From the NCBI GenBank assembly GCA_965112735.1, contig OZ218954.1, positions 1,302,001-1,366,000 of the forward strand: a stretch of 64,000 bases of DNA, in the 5' to 3' direction. Numbering within the stretch: position 1 is the stretch's first letter; each line of letters opens with the position of its first letter. This DNA is from Phaeosaccion multiseriatum (Eukaryota > Protista > Ochrophyta, other classes). The notes under the pieces are model-generated. The model saw nothing but the letters and a program-made list of their open reading frames with translations. It had not been told where the DNA came from and did no database searches. Of this stretch, positions 1-19,790 are shown in pieces. A program made the translations under genes and the position numbers.

Positions 1-6440
<6,440 letters not shown>

Positions 6441-6834
6441 GATGTGGGCTTGTTCACCGCCGCATCTACTACTTGCACGAGCTGGTTTTGGGGAAGAATG
6501 TGGCTCATGTGAACCTAAGCTTACGTAATTCCAGCACGTAAGGTATCACTTCTTGTTCTACGGGCCAGAGAGAAAGCTCTGAAGCCCCCGACGCGCCTCC
6601 TTCTTCTCCTCAGCAGCTCCAGATCCTTATCCTACACCCTACGCGCTAGGTGTATCGAACTTTGTAGAAAGTGAAATAGGGAAGAGCGGAACTTCTTGGG
6701 AGGACGCTGGTGCCCCCTCACATCGGCTCCGAAGGCCTCGGCTGATTTAGTGAGGTGGTCACGGGAAAAGGGGGCTTGTGGGCAAGGAAGGCCTCGGAGA
6801 AGCGACAGTTGAGGGGAGGAGGCCGTAGTCCGCG

Positions 6835-9800
6835 ATGGTGGAGGTGCGTTTATCTTGCCTCATTCGGGCCTCTCTGTGACCTGCTCTCTCGTCGTGGCTC
6901 TTGATCACAACAGCCTTCGCTTCGTGTCTGGTGCTTTCTTGGGTCCCACTCTGCTTTCCCTGGGGTCACAGGGATGGTACCTACTACTGTGCACCCTTAT
7001 CGTGGGCCCACGTGATGTACAGCGGAACCGACCTCGTTGTTCCCTACTAATCGTCCTTCCATCGGAACCTTCCCCCCCTCCCTCTTCTTCCCCCCTGTAT
7101 TTAACTTCCAGGCGGCTCCTGCTGCTCCGCTGTCGCTCTCCGGTGGAGGAGACGGAGACGTGATTAGCCCCATGAATGTAATGGTCGCGAACGATGTAGA
7201 GCAAGGAGGAGGAGGAGGGGGAGGTAAGAGTCTCACCTCTGCATTTCCGAAGAAAAGGAATGAGCTGCAGACCAACCCCCTTTGCTCCCCGTTCTTGTTC
7301 CCACCCCTCCCTCCCTTGCCTGCCCTGTATTCGTCCCCCTTCCTTCTCTCTTCCTCTCCCTCCTCTCCTCCGTTTGAAGCCGCACCCGCAGCCGCACCCG
7401 CACCCCCACCCACAGCAGCGGAGTCCGACGAAAACGCACAGGACCGTTGCGTCCCCACCTTGACTCGCATGTTCATGACCTCCCTCAAACTCGTGCCTGT
7501 GCTAGCCTTCCTGGTGCTGCTGGCCCTGCAGCTCGACCGTGTGATAGACCTATGGGGTCTTGTGTTTCTGCCGCTGCTGCTCAGCACGGGACTGTCGTCC
7601 GCCAAGGCCCTGCTCGTGCTTAAGAAGAACATCATGGCCCCTCATGTACGTACTCACGGTGCCACAGTGCCACGGTGCCACCACGGTGCAACACACACGC
7701 ACACACACCACGCACACCCACACACGCACACACACACACCCACACACCTCTTCGGCACCCTTGAGAGACTTACGTACGTACGCTCTTCCTCTCCTCCCCC
7801 CCCTCCCTTGCTTCCTTCTTCCTGCCCCTACTACCTGCCCTCGAAGCCTGACCCTGCCGCTCTGCCCGCCGTGGTTGCGTCATCGGATACGGTGTTCGGT
7901 GCGGCTTACCGCTTTGTCAATAGTGCCGCCGGATTCGGACTGGTACGTAAGCTGCTGTTACTGCTACCCGTCCTCCTTCTTGCTGCTGCTACCTGTACTT
8001 CTATACTACGAGTGTCGTTGATGTTCATGTTGTTGCTGTTGTTCCGGTGGCGGTGATTGTCGAATGCGGTGTCGTGTTGTTCCGTGGAATCAAATCGGCC
8101 CTCATTCTCCCTTCCCTCTTTCACACACACCATACACAACACACACACTTGCACCACCATTCCCCCCGCCCTCCCCCCCCTCAGCTTGTCTTACTGTGCT
8201 TGTTCTTGACGGGTGTATTGCCCAGTAGCACCCCTCCAGTGCTGCTCATGCTGCCAGTCTTCATCAACGGGTGAGTGAGGGAGTGAGTGAGTGAGTGAGT
8301 GAGTGAGTGAGTGAGTGTGTGAGTGACTGTGAGGGATTGAGGCAGCGATTAGTCAAGTAGGTGAAATGAGGGAGGGAGGGAAGTAGGATAGATGAAGCTC
8401 ACATCGGTGGCTCTGCTTTTGACCTCACTCATTCCTCATCCCTCGTTCTCCACCACCACCACGTCCTCCTCCTCCTCCTCCTCCTCCTCCTCCTCCTCCT
8501 CCTCCTCCTCCTCCTCCTCCTCCTCCTCCTCCTCCTGCTCCTCCTCCTCCTCCTCCTCCTCCTCCTCCTCCTCCTCCTCATCCTCCTCCTCCTCCACCAC
8601 CACCACCACCACTACTACCACCTCCTCCCCCTCCCCCCCCCTCTGCCCACATACACAACTCCACAACCTACACCCACACCCACTCCCACACTTACCCACA
8701 CACCCACCCACCCTCCCAACAAACACCCCCCCCCCCCCCCAACCCAACCCAACACCGCACCCTCACGCCACAACACGCAGGGTGGTGGGTGTCACTCTCC
8801 TGTGCACCCAGCCCCTCCCTGCCGCTTTAGCTATCGACGAGGAGCTCGCCCACTCCTTCTACCGCCACCGTGCCGTGTCGGCAAGGCTCCACGGCTGGTT
8901 GGGCGGGCTGCAGGTGCTGCTAATCGCCTGTAAGGTAGAGGGAGCCTACAGGGAACCCTGGATGGGCGTGTTTTGGCCCACCTGGCTGCTGCTGCTCTTC
9001 GCGGGCATGGCGCTGTTGCTGGGGTCGCTGGCCATGTTTTCCCTGCACGTGCGCCCCCACATGGGTGAGTTGGAATTCGAGTTCTTGGGGGGGGGTTAAG
9101 ACACCGAGACAGACACACTACAACTCTACAAGAGATGGAGTTTTGGGGGGTTGAGACACTTACATTACAGTAAGAGGGTTTGTGTGGTCTTGAGTGAGTA
9201 CTACCTCCCACCTGTCCAAGTCCCTCCCCCCCCCCCCTCCGTCCCTCTCATCCTCTATCGCCCCCCCACCCCACCATCCCCCCTTCCCTCCCTCCCTCCC
9301 TCCCTCCCTCCCTCCCCCCACTCTCAGGTCAAGACAACCCCCCCTGGAGGCGCTTTGTTCGCATAACTTCGCTAACCACTGTGGGGCTGTGGGCGGAGTA
9401 CGCATGTATTGTCGTCTTCCTGTCGTTAGTCATACGAAAGCTTGACAAGGTAGAGCGGTGGGGGTGAATGGGAGGGAGTGGGCGAGACGACAGACACGGG
9501 TTTCGGTGGTTGCTGGTGGTATGAGTTATCCCCTGTCCGCCAGGCACCACCACCACCACCACCAGAGTCTTGTCTCCTTGCTACCCGGTAAACTGACCCC
9601 TGCCCTTTTATCTCATCGTCACACACGCGTACTACTGCCACGAATACGTACAAGAGATCACATGAACTTTCCGTGGAGCATTCCGTTCTGACACTTGGAC
9701 CTCCTTCACTCCAATACCCGCCTCCTCCCCCGGCCCTTCCCTCCCTTCGTTGGGTATCCATCGATCCGATCGCAGCCCAAGCCTACAGATGCCGTGGAGA

Positions 9801-10921
9801 TGGTGCTGCCTGCCGTTCTCGGCCTCCTGCTCTACCCTCTCGTCGCGGAGACCTTTCGACGGGCCCGGAATGCCGAGCGAGCCGCCATCGGGGAGTTTGC
9901 CATGGGCGCAGCGGAGGAGCCTGGTGGCCCCTTGCGGAGGCCTGTGAAGATTGAGGCTGTGAAGGCCGCGCTGCTGCGGCAGCAGAATGCCACGCTTTAT
10001 CAGGTGGGTGAGGGGGTAGGTTATCCGTGGAGGAGAGGAGAGGAGAGGAGAGGAGAGGAGAGTTCTCTTTCTGTATCTCGATGTCCTTTTTTCGATTGTA
10101 CTGACCCTCACATCTGGGAGAGGCTTAGCTTGCTCTTGTCTCTTACACCCAAAGTCTCCCCTTCCATTCCCTTCCCTTCCCTTCCTTTCCCTTCCAATCC
10201 CTCCCCCCTAACCCTAACCCTACAACCCCATATCGTCCCTTCCCCACAGCTCGTCAAGTACCCCTATATCCCCTCTGCCGAAGAAGCAGCGGCGGCGGCG
10301 GCGGCCTCTTCTGCTTCTTCCGTCCACTCGTGCCAAAGCGGGCATCACCTCGTCGATGGGCATACCAACAGTAGCCAGGACCTTGCAGCTCACGCAGGAG
10401 GGCAGGGAGGACAGGGAGGGCAGGGGCAGACGGGGGGCATCGGGCTCACCGGTGTTAGCAGCAGTAGCGGCGGAACTGCAGGGGCGGGGGGTGATGCGGA
10501 AGGTGCACTTTCGCTTTCATCGACGGTCGGAGGGGCCAGTATCAAGGAGGGGGAGAAGGAGAAGGTGGAGGACGAGGACGAGGAGGGAGAGGATGGGCAG
10601 GTACTGTGCTATATCTGCGAGCAAAACGAAGCGGATGCGGTGGTTATGAATTGCGGACACTCCGGCGCTTGCTACGAATGCTCCGTCATGATACTGAGAG
10701 GAAACACGGGCAGTCGGAGGTGTCCCATCTGCAGGGCCGCCATGGTGACCGTGATGAAGCTCAGCAGCGAGCGGAGGGTGGTGGATGGGGACACACTCGT
10801 CGCCACCACCGCTGGCTTGACCCTTCAGCCGGGCTGGACAGGCACAGAAACACAAACACAGGCTGTGGGAGGAGCAGCACCTGTACTGTCGGAACCAGTA
10901 TTGTTCTCCGATGCTGCGTAG
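6835..10921 (+). CDS. TMEM185/Fragile-X-F-like multipass membrane protein with C-terminal RING finger (putative E3 ligase)
   Basis: Repeated TMEM185-type helices (LLALQLDRVIDLWGLVFLPL; LLIACKVEG..WMGVFWPTW) and a terminal C3HC4 RING, CYIC..CGHSGACYEC..CPICR (~10605-10735). The start is inferred from a micro-exon ATGGTGGAG|GT at 6835. Confidence 0.75.
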
Positions 10922-12019
10922 TGCCCTTTTTTTTTGGTGCTAAATAGTGCGCGGTGCTGTGTGGAGCGCAGAGAGGGAACAGATGGATGGTGGTGGAGCT
11001 GCTGTCCATCGCATGGTATTGAATCTGACACAGGAGCACTGGCTATGGGCTGGGCAAGAGCTTTGTGGCGTACCTTACCTCCCTCGCCGACGACTTCGCC
11101 CCCACCTCACCCGGCTCCCCACTCAGCCGAGGCTGTCTCTGCGGTGAGGCTGAGGGCTGGCTGGGGTGAGCTGTGTGGTGTTGTGGTGGGGCCTCTGGTG
11201 GGAAGGTCGAAGCTTGGAGCTTTTGATACGCTGCCATGGTCATTGTTGGGGAGATGAAGGACGATGGAGGTGGTGGAGTTTTTGCCCCTCGTTCACCACC
11301 ACACGTCACGCTTGGTTTCTGGACCTCCAGAGCAAGTATAAAGGGCAAGGAAGGTTTTGTTCTAAGTGTGTATCAGCAGCAACTAGCAACCGCCCAATGA
11401 GTCTGAGGAACTCGCACCCCACCCACCCGCTGGGCCTTTACTCACCACCCCACCCACCCGCCCACGAGTGCTTGGGGGTTGAGTGTGAGTTGAGGACGCC
11501 CTTTGCCAAACGGAAACGTCCCCCCGTGATTGATGGAGGAGTTCGGGGAGAACATGTACGCCTTTCTCCCTCCATTACACCTTGAGAGGGAGAAAGGCGT
11601 ACGTGTTAGTCATATCAGTCTCATTCAGGGCCTCTTCTCGTCACAGTAGACCACCTTGTGCCTTTGCCCTTGCTGGTGCCTCTCTTTGCCATTTTTTAGT
11701 CATGCGTGACGAGGCAAAAAAATGGAAGGCCACCACGGGTCTCCGGGTCGGGACAAAGGCGACGAAAAGGCGCTCCCAGCTTAGAATGCCACTGAATGGC
11801 TGAATGGAGAAGAATGGAAAGGAACAAAGGAACCCGAGTCCTGACACATAGAGGTGTTGTGAGCACACGCCAGCTGTGAAATATTCTCTCACATGTTTCG
11901 CTTTTGCTTTTTTCTCTCTCACCCATAGAACAAAAACGTCATACTGCCGGCGTTAAGAGAGCAGCATTATAGGGAGAGGAGCAGCAGGAGGGGAAGCATC
12001 GTCAGCAGAGTACGACATC

Positions 12020-13912
12020 ATGCGAGTCCTGGGTGTTAGCCTGCTCTTCGGCTCCCTCTTGGGTCAAGCTTTACCCGCAGATCTGCACTCCTTACTGAAT
12101 GGCCCTCTTGGAGGAAGGCTAGACGGCGACCCAACCAAAGCAGCCCGGCCTTTATGTACACATGCCGACTTCAGCCAAGGCCAGTGGGAGAGCACTGGGA
12201 GCATGTCTCGTGAAGAAGCAGAATTGCTTCACTCCGAGACGCAATGCCCCTTCCTCCGGCACAACTACAGATGCGAAGCGAGCAACCAGTTGAGTATCTC
12301 CGTGTGTGTACCTCGTACATCCCTCCCCCCCCCCCCCTTCTTCTCGGTGCTCGTACTGATTGCCTTGAGGCCACCTGAGGAGGGAAGAAGGGAGGTATTC
12401 AAGGAGCCATGAGAATGTATGACGGCTCAACCGATCCCTTGTTCTGCTTCTTCAGGTACATGGAGCATCTCCAGCGGCGATACGTTCCAGGATACAACAG
12501 GGCTTGCACATGGGCACCCCCCGACCCCAAACACGAGCCCCCCTTCCCAGCCAACTCCAAAGTCCTGTTTCTCGGCAACAGTCATCTGCGGGAGGTGAGT
12601 GAGAAGAAAGGTGGTTGACCACGTCGTGGGCGTGACCGAAGTGATGAAAGACCGATGCCTCCCGGGGCAGATACCATCACTCCCTCTCTATGTCTCCATG
12701 GGCGCACCCGTTGCTCCCTTCTGCATCTTTCCAAGGCGACTCCGAGCTCGCTCCCCCACGTCCCCCGACTCAAAAACGCAACACTCCCCCCCTCCTCCCG
12801 TACCCCCCTGCTCAGGTCTTTGAAGCAGTCAATTGCTTGTACAGTCCACACATTGTTACCACGGAGCTTCTCCAGAATGACGGTCAAACCGATACCAGCT
12901 ACCTTGGGAAGGAAGTCTACGACGCGATGCAAACCGTCACGCAGCGTCTCCTCGACTTCAACTCCTCTTCCACTCGCTCTGCGGCCATGGAGAGGGAGGG
13001 GCGGGCTGCCTACGAGGAGTGTTCCGTTAAGGTGGGCGACGCCTTCGCTGGCCTGCTCTCGGAGTTCGATAGGGAGGAGGGGGCCTACTGCCGTGGCTAT
13101 GGCACGAAAAATCCCGCGACAGGCCTAGGGTATGTACATGGGGCGAGGAGGGGTGGGGAGAGGGGGCAGCGTGGCATGCTTGCTCTTGTGCGCTTTACAG
13201 GGACACCTGTTCTGGGTCCGGAGCACAGAGGCAGACATGTGTATTCACTCTTCCTTAAGCCGTACCCTTCCTGTCTTGTCTCTGTCTCTTGTTCTTGTCT
13301 TGCTTCTTGCTCTCTATGGCACTATTCTCTCGGCGCTCAGCTGCTCGGATGACTTGGCTCGCGTGACGTGGAGCAACGGGGCGCAGGTCTTCGGGGCCTT
13401 CAACATCTATCCTTTGCTCCTGTCGCAGCGGCCCCTGGAGAACGCATTGGAGGCTCTGAGCAGCTCACCCTTGCCCGAGCCTGCTGCTGCAGCCGTAGCT
13501 GGAGCTACTGCTGGTGGTGATGATGCTGGTGCTGGTGCTGGTGGTGGTGCTACTGCTGGTGGTGATGATGCTGGTGCTGCTGCTGCTGGTGCTGCTGCTG
13601 TTGATGGTGGTGGTACAGCCTTGTCTTTGGCAGAGATGGATATCGTAGTGCTGGGCACCAACAACCAGTGTTCAAGCGTGCAAGACCAGCTCCCCTCTGC
13701 GGTGGAGGCGTTTGCTGACGTCGCGATGACTCAGCCTGAGTCCTGCCAGTGGTGCTCTCGCGACGCCTGGTGAGTGAGCGAATACACATTGGAAGCAAGA
13801 TAGGAGTTTGGAAGTGCCGCAGCACCATGAGACAGACAGGGTTGACTGATGACTAAGGGATTGCTAGTGAGCGAGCGGCGCTACGCCTGCTTTGCTCATG
13901 TGTTGTTCCTGT

Positions 13913-13947
<35 letters not shown>

Positions 13948-14921
13948 GTGTTGACGTCGACAACATCTTCACAACTCCTTGACCGTGTGCCTGATCTGAC
14001 ACAGTCCGAAGGAGGGGCCGACAGGGAAACGCCCCTTTGTATTCGCCGAGGCGCTCGCTCAGCTGCAGAACGCTGGCTTTCGAGGCCTTGTAGTGCTCCA
14101 GATCAGGGACAAGGAGAAGGTGGTGGAAGAGGCTGTCAAGGTACGTTTGGTAGAAGTGAGCCCCACCCCACGCTGTGATCACGTTGTTGTCGCTTTTGAC
14201 CGCTCGTTGCTGCTGCTCCGGCAACCAGCAAGTCTCCAAGAACGTCACTATGCATGTATGTCTCGCTTGGCTCACGCTACGGCGGCCTCTTGGCTCGGCT
14301 CGTGCGACCACCCTACCTCCCATCGCCCCTCTCCTGCTCAACTATCTATCGCCCGGCCTCCCCCCCCTACCTACCTACCTACCAACCTACCTACCTACCT
14401 TCCAACCTTTCGACGTGAATTGATGTGCAGAGACTTGTGGCGAAGGGGCGCCTGGGCATGTCTGTTGCCTTCCTGGCGGCCGAGAACGCACCGCCCATGA
14501 GCGTTTGCCAGGCTCCCAAGTGCACTCCCGGCTCAAGCGACCATCAGTGTATACCAGGTGGGTGGGTGGGTGTGTGGGTGTGTGTGTGCGCGCGCGTGGG
14601 TATCTTCGTGTGTGCGTGGTGTGTGTGTGGTGTGTGTGTAGATGTGCGTGTGCGTGCGTGTGTGTGAGAGAGAGTAGGCGTGAAGCTTCGAAACGGTGCC
14701 ACTCTCAGCCCAGAGTCAGTCAGGCCAACACGGAGCTCTCCCCTTCTTCTCCTTCTCCTTCCTCGACCATTCTCTTATATTACTCATTGCTTGCTTGCCC
14801 CCCTTCGGCCTCTTTCGCTTCTTCTCCCTGTTCGTGCTTTAATTCCTTTCCAACCCTCCCTCCAGGCCCAGCCGACTACAGCGTGTACATGCTTCTCCAT
14901 ACGACGACAAATGGAGTTTAG
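12020..14921 (+). CDS. Secreted TBL/PC-esterase (SGNH) family O-acyltransferase/esterase-like protein
   Basis: Signal peptide MRVLGVSLLFGSLLGQA, a Cys-rich C..G.W..CPF...Y.C segment, VLFLGNSHLRE (GDS-type motif) and spliced C-terminal DHQCIPGPAD (compare TBL DCxHWCLPGxPD). Confidence 0.65.
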
Positions 14922-15422
14922 AACTCACACTCTGACTGAGCATGCCCAACGCGCCACACATAATGGACGTTACAGCTTTGTGCTGCGTTAAAAGAGTTAC
15001 AGCAGCTTGTGAGGGGTGAGTGGTGGTACCTGCGCCCCACTCGAGCGGCACACAGGTCAAATCCTTATTTTTTTTCCTTCACGTAGGATACTTAGTAAGG
15101 GTAAGTGAACAAGAACAAGAGCCATAGGGACAATTTTGCTTGGAGAGATACAAGGTAGCTTCGTATCACTCTCCGTTGTATGTACGCGTGTACTTATCTT
15201 AATCAACACTAGAAATCTGACAGGACAATGAGTCTTTTAGAGCGATGGTACTAAGTGAAGTTTGAAAGCAGTACCCCCCAAGACTGCTCCTACAGCTATA
15301 TTTTATATATATATATAAATTCACTTACTAGTACAAACAAGGATGACTGAGATGGGAGGGAGGGAGAGAGAGAGAGAGAGAGAGAGAGCCCTTTCAGTCC
15401 TCGCTCCCACAAGAGCCCCTGT

Positions 15423-16501
15423 TCAATAGTCATGCTCTTCGCAATTGCCGCACCCCTGGCTCCGAGCCCCCGCTCCCACCCTCTTCAAATTGAGCACTGT
15501 GCACTTAGGGCAGCGCGTCCACACACCCTCCACGCCTGGCAGCGTCCAGCAGCGCAGCCCTTCGCTGTCCCGTCCCTCTCTCAAGCCCCCCACGAGCAGC
15601 GCCCCTTCCGGAGCACGGGCGCTGGACTCCCTGGCCATTTCCCCCTTCACCTTCCTTACTTCCCGACCCAGCTTCTCCAAGCGTTGAGCCTTGGCACGAT
15701 GGCTGCTACCACCAGCGGACCCCAGCGGCGCGGCCCGCTTCTGTTCTTTGGAGATGCGGCTGGGCTGAGGGAGGGAGGGAGGGAAGGGCCGGCAGGCAAG
15801 GAGGGAGGAAGGGAGGGAGTGAGGGGGGAGGTCAGACCCAGTAGAATTGGAGCGCCCGATTGAGAGCCGCGATTTCCGTACGCTCGAACGCATCGCATTT
15901 ACCTTTGGGGGGCCTCGCACCGAACGAGGGATTTCTGTCGAGTGCGTACCCACTTCGCACACGTCATTTCCGATACGTCGTCCAGGTTCCAGTCCACGGT
16001 GATGGTGGTCATATCGTCCTCCCGCCAGTTTTGAATGCGCATCACTGTCCGCACGTACCATTTGGGAACCCCCCGTTGCTCACGCCTCACCTCCACCTTG
16101 TCCCCCGGGGCCAAGGCTGCTCGCCAGTTACGGGTCTTCGAGCGATGCCGAGCGAGTGAAGGCCCATCGCGCGCCAAAATGGCGTCCCACTTGCTGGCCC
16201 AGCCACGGAAATGCACCTGGTGCCATAGAGTAGGCCGCCATAGAGTAGGCCGCCAAAGAAATATGTTTGGAAAAGAAGCTGATCCCCCCTTCGCAATCCA
16301 ATCCCTCTCACCTTCACGAAATCCTTGTCCACCGCAAGAACCACGCTTTCATACCACTTCCCGAAGGTATCCCGGGCATCCACATAGTCGCCCACCTTCA
16401 GCGTCCACAAGAGGAGAGAAACTTCAACTACAATACCAATCAACAGGACCCTGCTACCTCCGCTAAAGACTTACCTTGGGGTCTACGACGCCTTCCTCCA
16501 T
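15423..16501 (-). CDS. Small protein with tandem Tudor/Agenet-like domains and a C-terminal RanBP2-type zinc finger
   Basis: Spliced MEEGVVDPK|VGDYVDARDTFGKWYESVVLAVDKDFVK|VHFRGWASKWD, a second repeat LAPGDKVEVR..KWY, and terminal WTRCPKCTVLN...CGNC. Confidence 0.7.
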
Positions 16502-16588
16502 TTGCTTGCCAGCGTTGCGCCGCTCCTCTTCGGTGTCCCCTAAGATAAAAAAGGTGTGGAAAAGAGGAAGAGGAAGAAATCACCACTG

Positions 16589-17066
16589 TTTGGGAGGACT
16601 TGCTTGCCCCGCCCTGCCATGAGTGCCTGCAACTCGCCTCTACGTGCGACGAGCGACCGTGTCTCGGGGGCTGATGTGAAGCGGAATGATGACATTATGG
16701 CAACGCAAGTGAGGAGGAGAGTCTGTTGTCGACCTAGCGTACTCGTAAAGGGTTCGCCCAATGTTGGCCAGCGCGAGTACCTCCCCCAGAGCGCCGCAAA
16801 ACACAGAGGAAGAGTACACTCCCAGAGTTCTCGCCCTCTCCACCTCCGCGTCTGTTTCGACTAGCCCTAACTGCGCCATGTATCCCTCCTTACTCGCAAG
16901 ATTCGCTGCCACCAATCCCCGCAGCCATTTTACACCATCCATGCCAAGGGTGCATGCCAAGTCTACCCCGAACAAGGCTTGGAGAGTGGCGTGTAGTAAA
17001 CAATCACTGCTTAAGAGGCGAGTTGCAGGCACTCATGGCAGGGCGGGGCAAGCACGTCATCCCAAA
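16589..17066. mobile_element. Non-autonomous TIR element (~480 bp) carrying an OTU-like gene fragment
   Basis: 16601-16641 and 17014-17054 form a perfect 41-bp inverted repeat, extendable to ~53 bp with 2 mismatches. The element is intergenic, between two divergent genes. Confidence 0.7.
16640..17032 (-). pseudogene. OTU (A20/TRABID-like) cysteine protease fragment inside the TIR element
   Basis: SDCLLHATLQALFGVD...LR and EVLALANIGRTLYEY resemble the OTU catalytic-Cys box and the following helix. There is no in-frame ATG before the Cys box, and the frame is bounded by the inverted repeats. Confidence 0.5.
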
Positions 17067-17254
17067 AAAAAAGAAGAGGAAGAGCCAAGGATGAATCCAA
17101 CTGTGATGGGGGACAGTTGGTGCTCCTTCCACTGTGACTGCAAGGAGAGGTCTCTAAAGATGGAGGGAAGGAAATCTTCGTAGGCACTGCGGCAATCCGT
17201 AGGAGGCTGCAGTAGCACAGCTGCATTTCCAGAGCAGGACGAGGCAGCGGATCA

Positions 17255-19751
17255 ATGAGAGGGGCGCCACAGAGACAGCGGGGAGGCAGCAGCCCAGCAG
17301 CAGCACGGAGGCCCAGGAAGGGGGATCCTAGGCCCAGAACAGTCCCCTCCCTCTGTACTGCTCTGATCCTGGCGTTTGTTTGCAGCAGCAGCCTTTGCAG
17401 CGCTTTCCTCCCCGTCGAGCAAGGTAAGATTTGACTCATTGACTCTTTGAGCCCTGTCCGAAGCACAGCATGTACAAACAGCCATTAATATCCCACTTCA
17501 TAGACTTCGCTCTACTTGAAGTAACACACTTTTCCACTGGCTTCCTCATCAAATTAGCGTTTGCCTCCCTCCCGTCCTTCCGCTCCAGCCAATCTTTGCA
17601 CTGCTTACCGCCCTCTGCGGAACCAATGTCCCTCTCCCCCCCTGCCCCTTTGTACGACTCGTGTATGACGACAGACTGCATCAATAGCTTCGCATACGGT
17701 GACCCGGTGTGCGAGAATGGCGGCACCCTGTTCCACTACACGGGCAACGCCTCCCACCACGCCGTATCTTGCGCACACTGCCTCTGCCCCACTGGTTGGA
17801 GTGGCACCACATGCACTCAATGTTCCTCCGTAGATGTCTGCCCCACCAAGGTCATTGACGGAGTAGCCACGCCTGCCACCAACTGCAGCAGCGGAAGCCT
17901 CCTGCCCACGGAGGAGGAGGCGGGTGGAGGGGGCGGCGGAAAGGGCAAAGGGTTCAGCTGCACTTGCGGCGGAGCGGGAGATGACTTCACCGATTTTGTG
18001 TGCGCGCGGCAGGCGGACACACGCGTTTCATTCGTGGTGCACGGTGAGTGAGTGAGTGAGTGAGTGAGTGAGTGAGTGAGGAGTGCGATAAGTGCGTGTG
18101 TGAGTGAGTGAGTGAGTGAGTAAGTCCGTGCGTGAGTGAGTTAGTGAGTGAGGGAGAGTGGTTGAGTGCGTGGGTGGGTGAGTGAGTGAGGAGTGAGTGA
18201 GTGGGTGAGTGAGGAGAGTGAGTAAGTGAGTGGGTGAGTGGGTGAGTGAGTGAGCGAAGCGCTCCAGGCCCAGGGGGCACGCGGGGTTCTACGTTTGTGT
18301 GTTGATTGGCTTGGATTTGTAGCTTGGGGTGGGCGAGGGTGTCTCACATCACCGGGGAGGCGGAGAAGACTGCTCCTGCTCCTGCTCCTCCTACTGCTCT
18401 TCCTTTCCAAGAAGGATTGATTGATTGATTGTCTTGCTGTTGTGCAGCGCACCCCCTCTCTCTCCGCGGCGTCCGCTACTCGCGCCCCGTGCTCCAAAGC
18501 TTACAGCACACACCACACACACACACGCGTAAACACACACACACACACACACACAGCGCTCTCTCATTCTGTCATTGAGTTGCGCCATTCCTCCCCCCCA
18601 CCTCACCCCCAGCCCCGCCCCATTAGGCCCTATTAAGTCAATGAATAACCCCACCACGCCCCCTTTTCCCCACCGCAAGGCCTCGGCACCCCCGATTCCC
18701 CTGCCAACATGACCTTCAAAGAGTACGCGGGCATCCACGGAATGGGGGACGAGTCCTGGCCCGGGCAGTACAACTTTTCCTACCCACTCGTGTATGAGGG
18801 TGAGCTGACGGGCTGTCAGATAAGTCAAGGAAAGTGCCTGGATGCCCCGGGGACGACCTCGGCGGAGCGAGATTGTATCTTGTACGAGTGTCAGGACACA
18901 CAGGTGGAGTGTCCTCCACGCAGGTACTATCCTCTCTGCGAGGGTTTCCCGCACTGCGTGGATCCGGTGACAGGAAACACGTACAAGGTTCACAAGTGAG
19001 TGGTTTGGAGGGGAGAGGAGAGGGGAAGGGACGGGAGGGAGAGGAGAGGGGAAGGGAGGGAGGGGAGAGGAGAGGGGAAGGGAGGGGAGGGAGGGGAGGG
19101 GAGAAGGGAGGGGACGAAGGGGAGCTGAGAAGAAAAGAGGAGAGGAGAGGAATATGGCGGAGAGGAGAGGATAACCCTACACCCCTATCCCCCCCACACA
19201 CACCCGTTCCATCTCATGTACGTACTAACACACACGCACACTCAAACTCACAGATGCGACGCAGTGCCAACGTCGGGCATTCCCCTTACCATCGCATGTG
19301 AGGTCAACACCACCTCGCCCAAGGAGCAGACGCACTTGTGCTATTACCAGCAGCCCGAGAAGTTTGCCCCTCTGTCGCTCACCTGCAGCGTGGGTAACTG
19401 TCTCTACGAGGGAGGCGGGGCGCCGTTGCCCCCCCCTCCCCCGGCGGCCCACAGAGGAGAGCCTCTGCTCACAGACGCGACACAAGCTGCCATCTTAGGG
19501 GCTTTGTCCGTGGTGCTGCTTGGCGCTTTCGCCCTCTTTGGGGTGTGTGCGCACAGCACGGCAGAGGAGAAGGGCGCAACGGCGGCTGCTGCGGCTGCTG
19601 CGGCCGCGAGAGGGGAGAGGCGGCGAGCCAGGCAGAGACGAAGGAGGCAGGAGCAGCAGCAGCAGCAGCAGCCGCTCAACTACTTTGGGGGGGGGGCTGC
19701 GGCGGGGGCTGCGGCCGGACGAGCAGCAGCAGGTGTAGGGGCAGGGGTGGA

Positions 19752-19790
<39 letters not shown>

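Noticed and set aside
10206-10221. CCCTAACCCTAACCCT telomere-like repeat (also TTAGGG at ~63418-63443)
   Set aside because: Only 2-3 units, located just before acceptors; better explained as CTAAC branch points.
10930-12000. Short ORFs between the TMEM185-RING and TBL-like genes
   Set aside because: No domain, splice pattern or terminal repeats that I can support.
16640-17032. ORF as a 5' exon of the Tudor-like gene
   Set aside because: That gene has its own ATG and exon at 16501, and this ORF is enclosed by inverted repeats.
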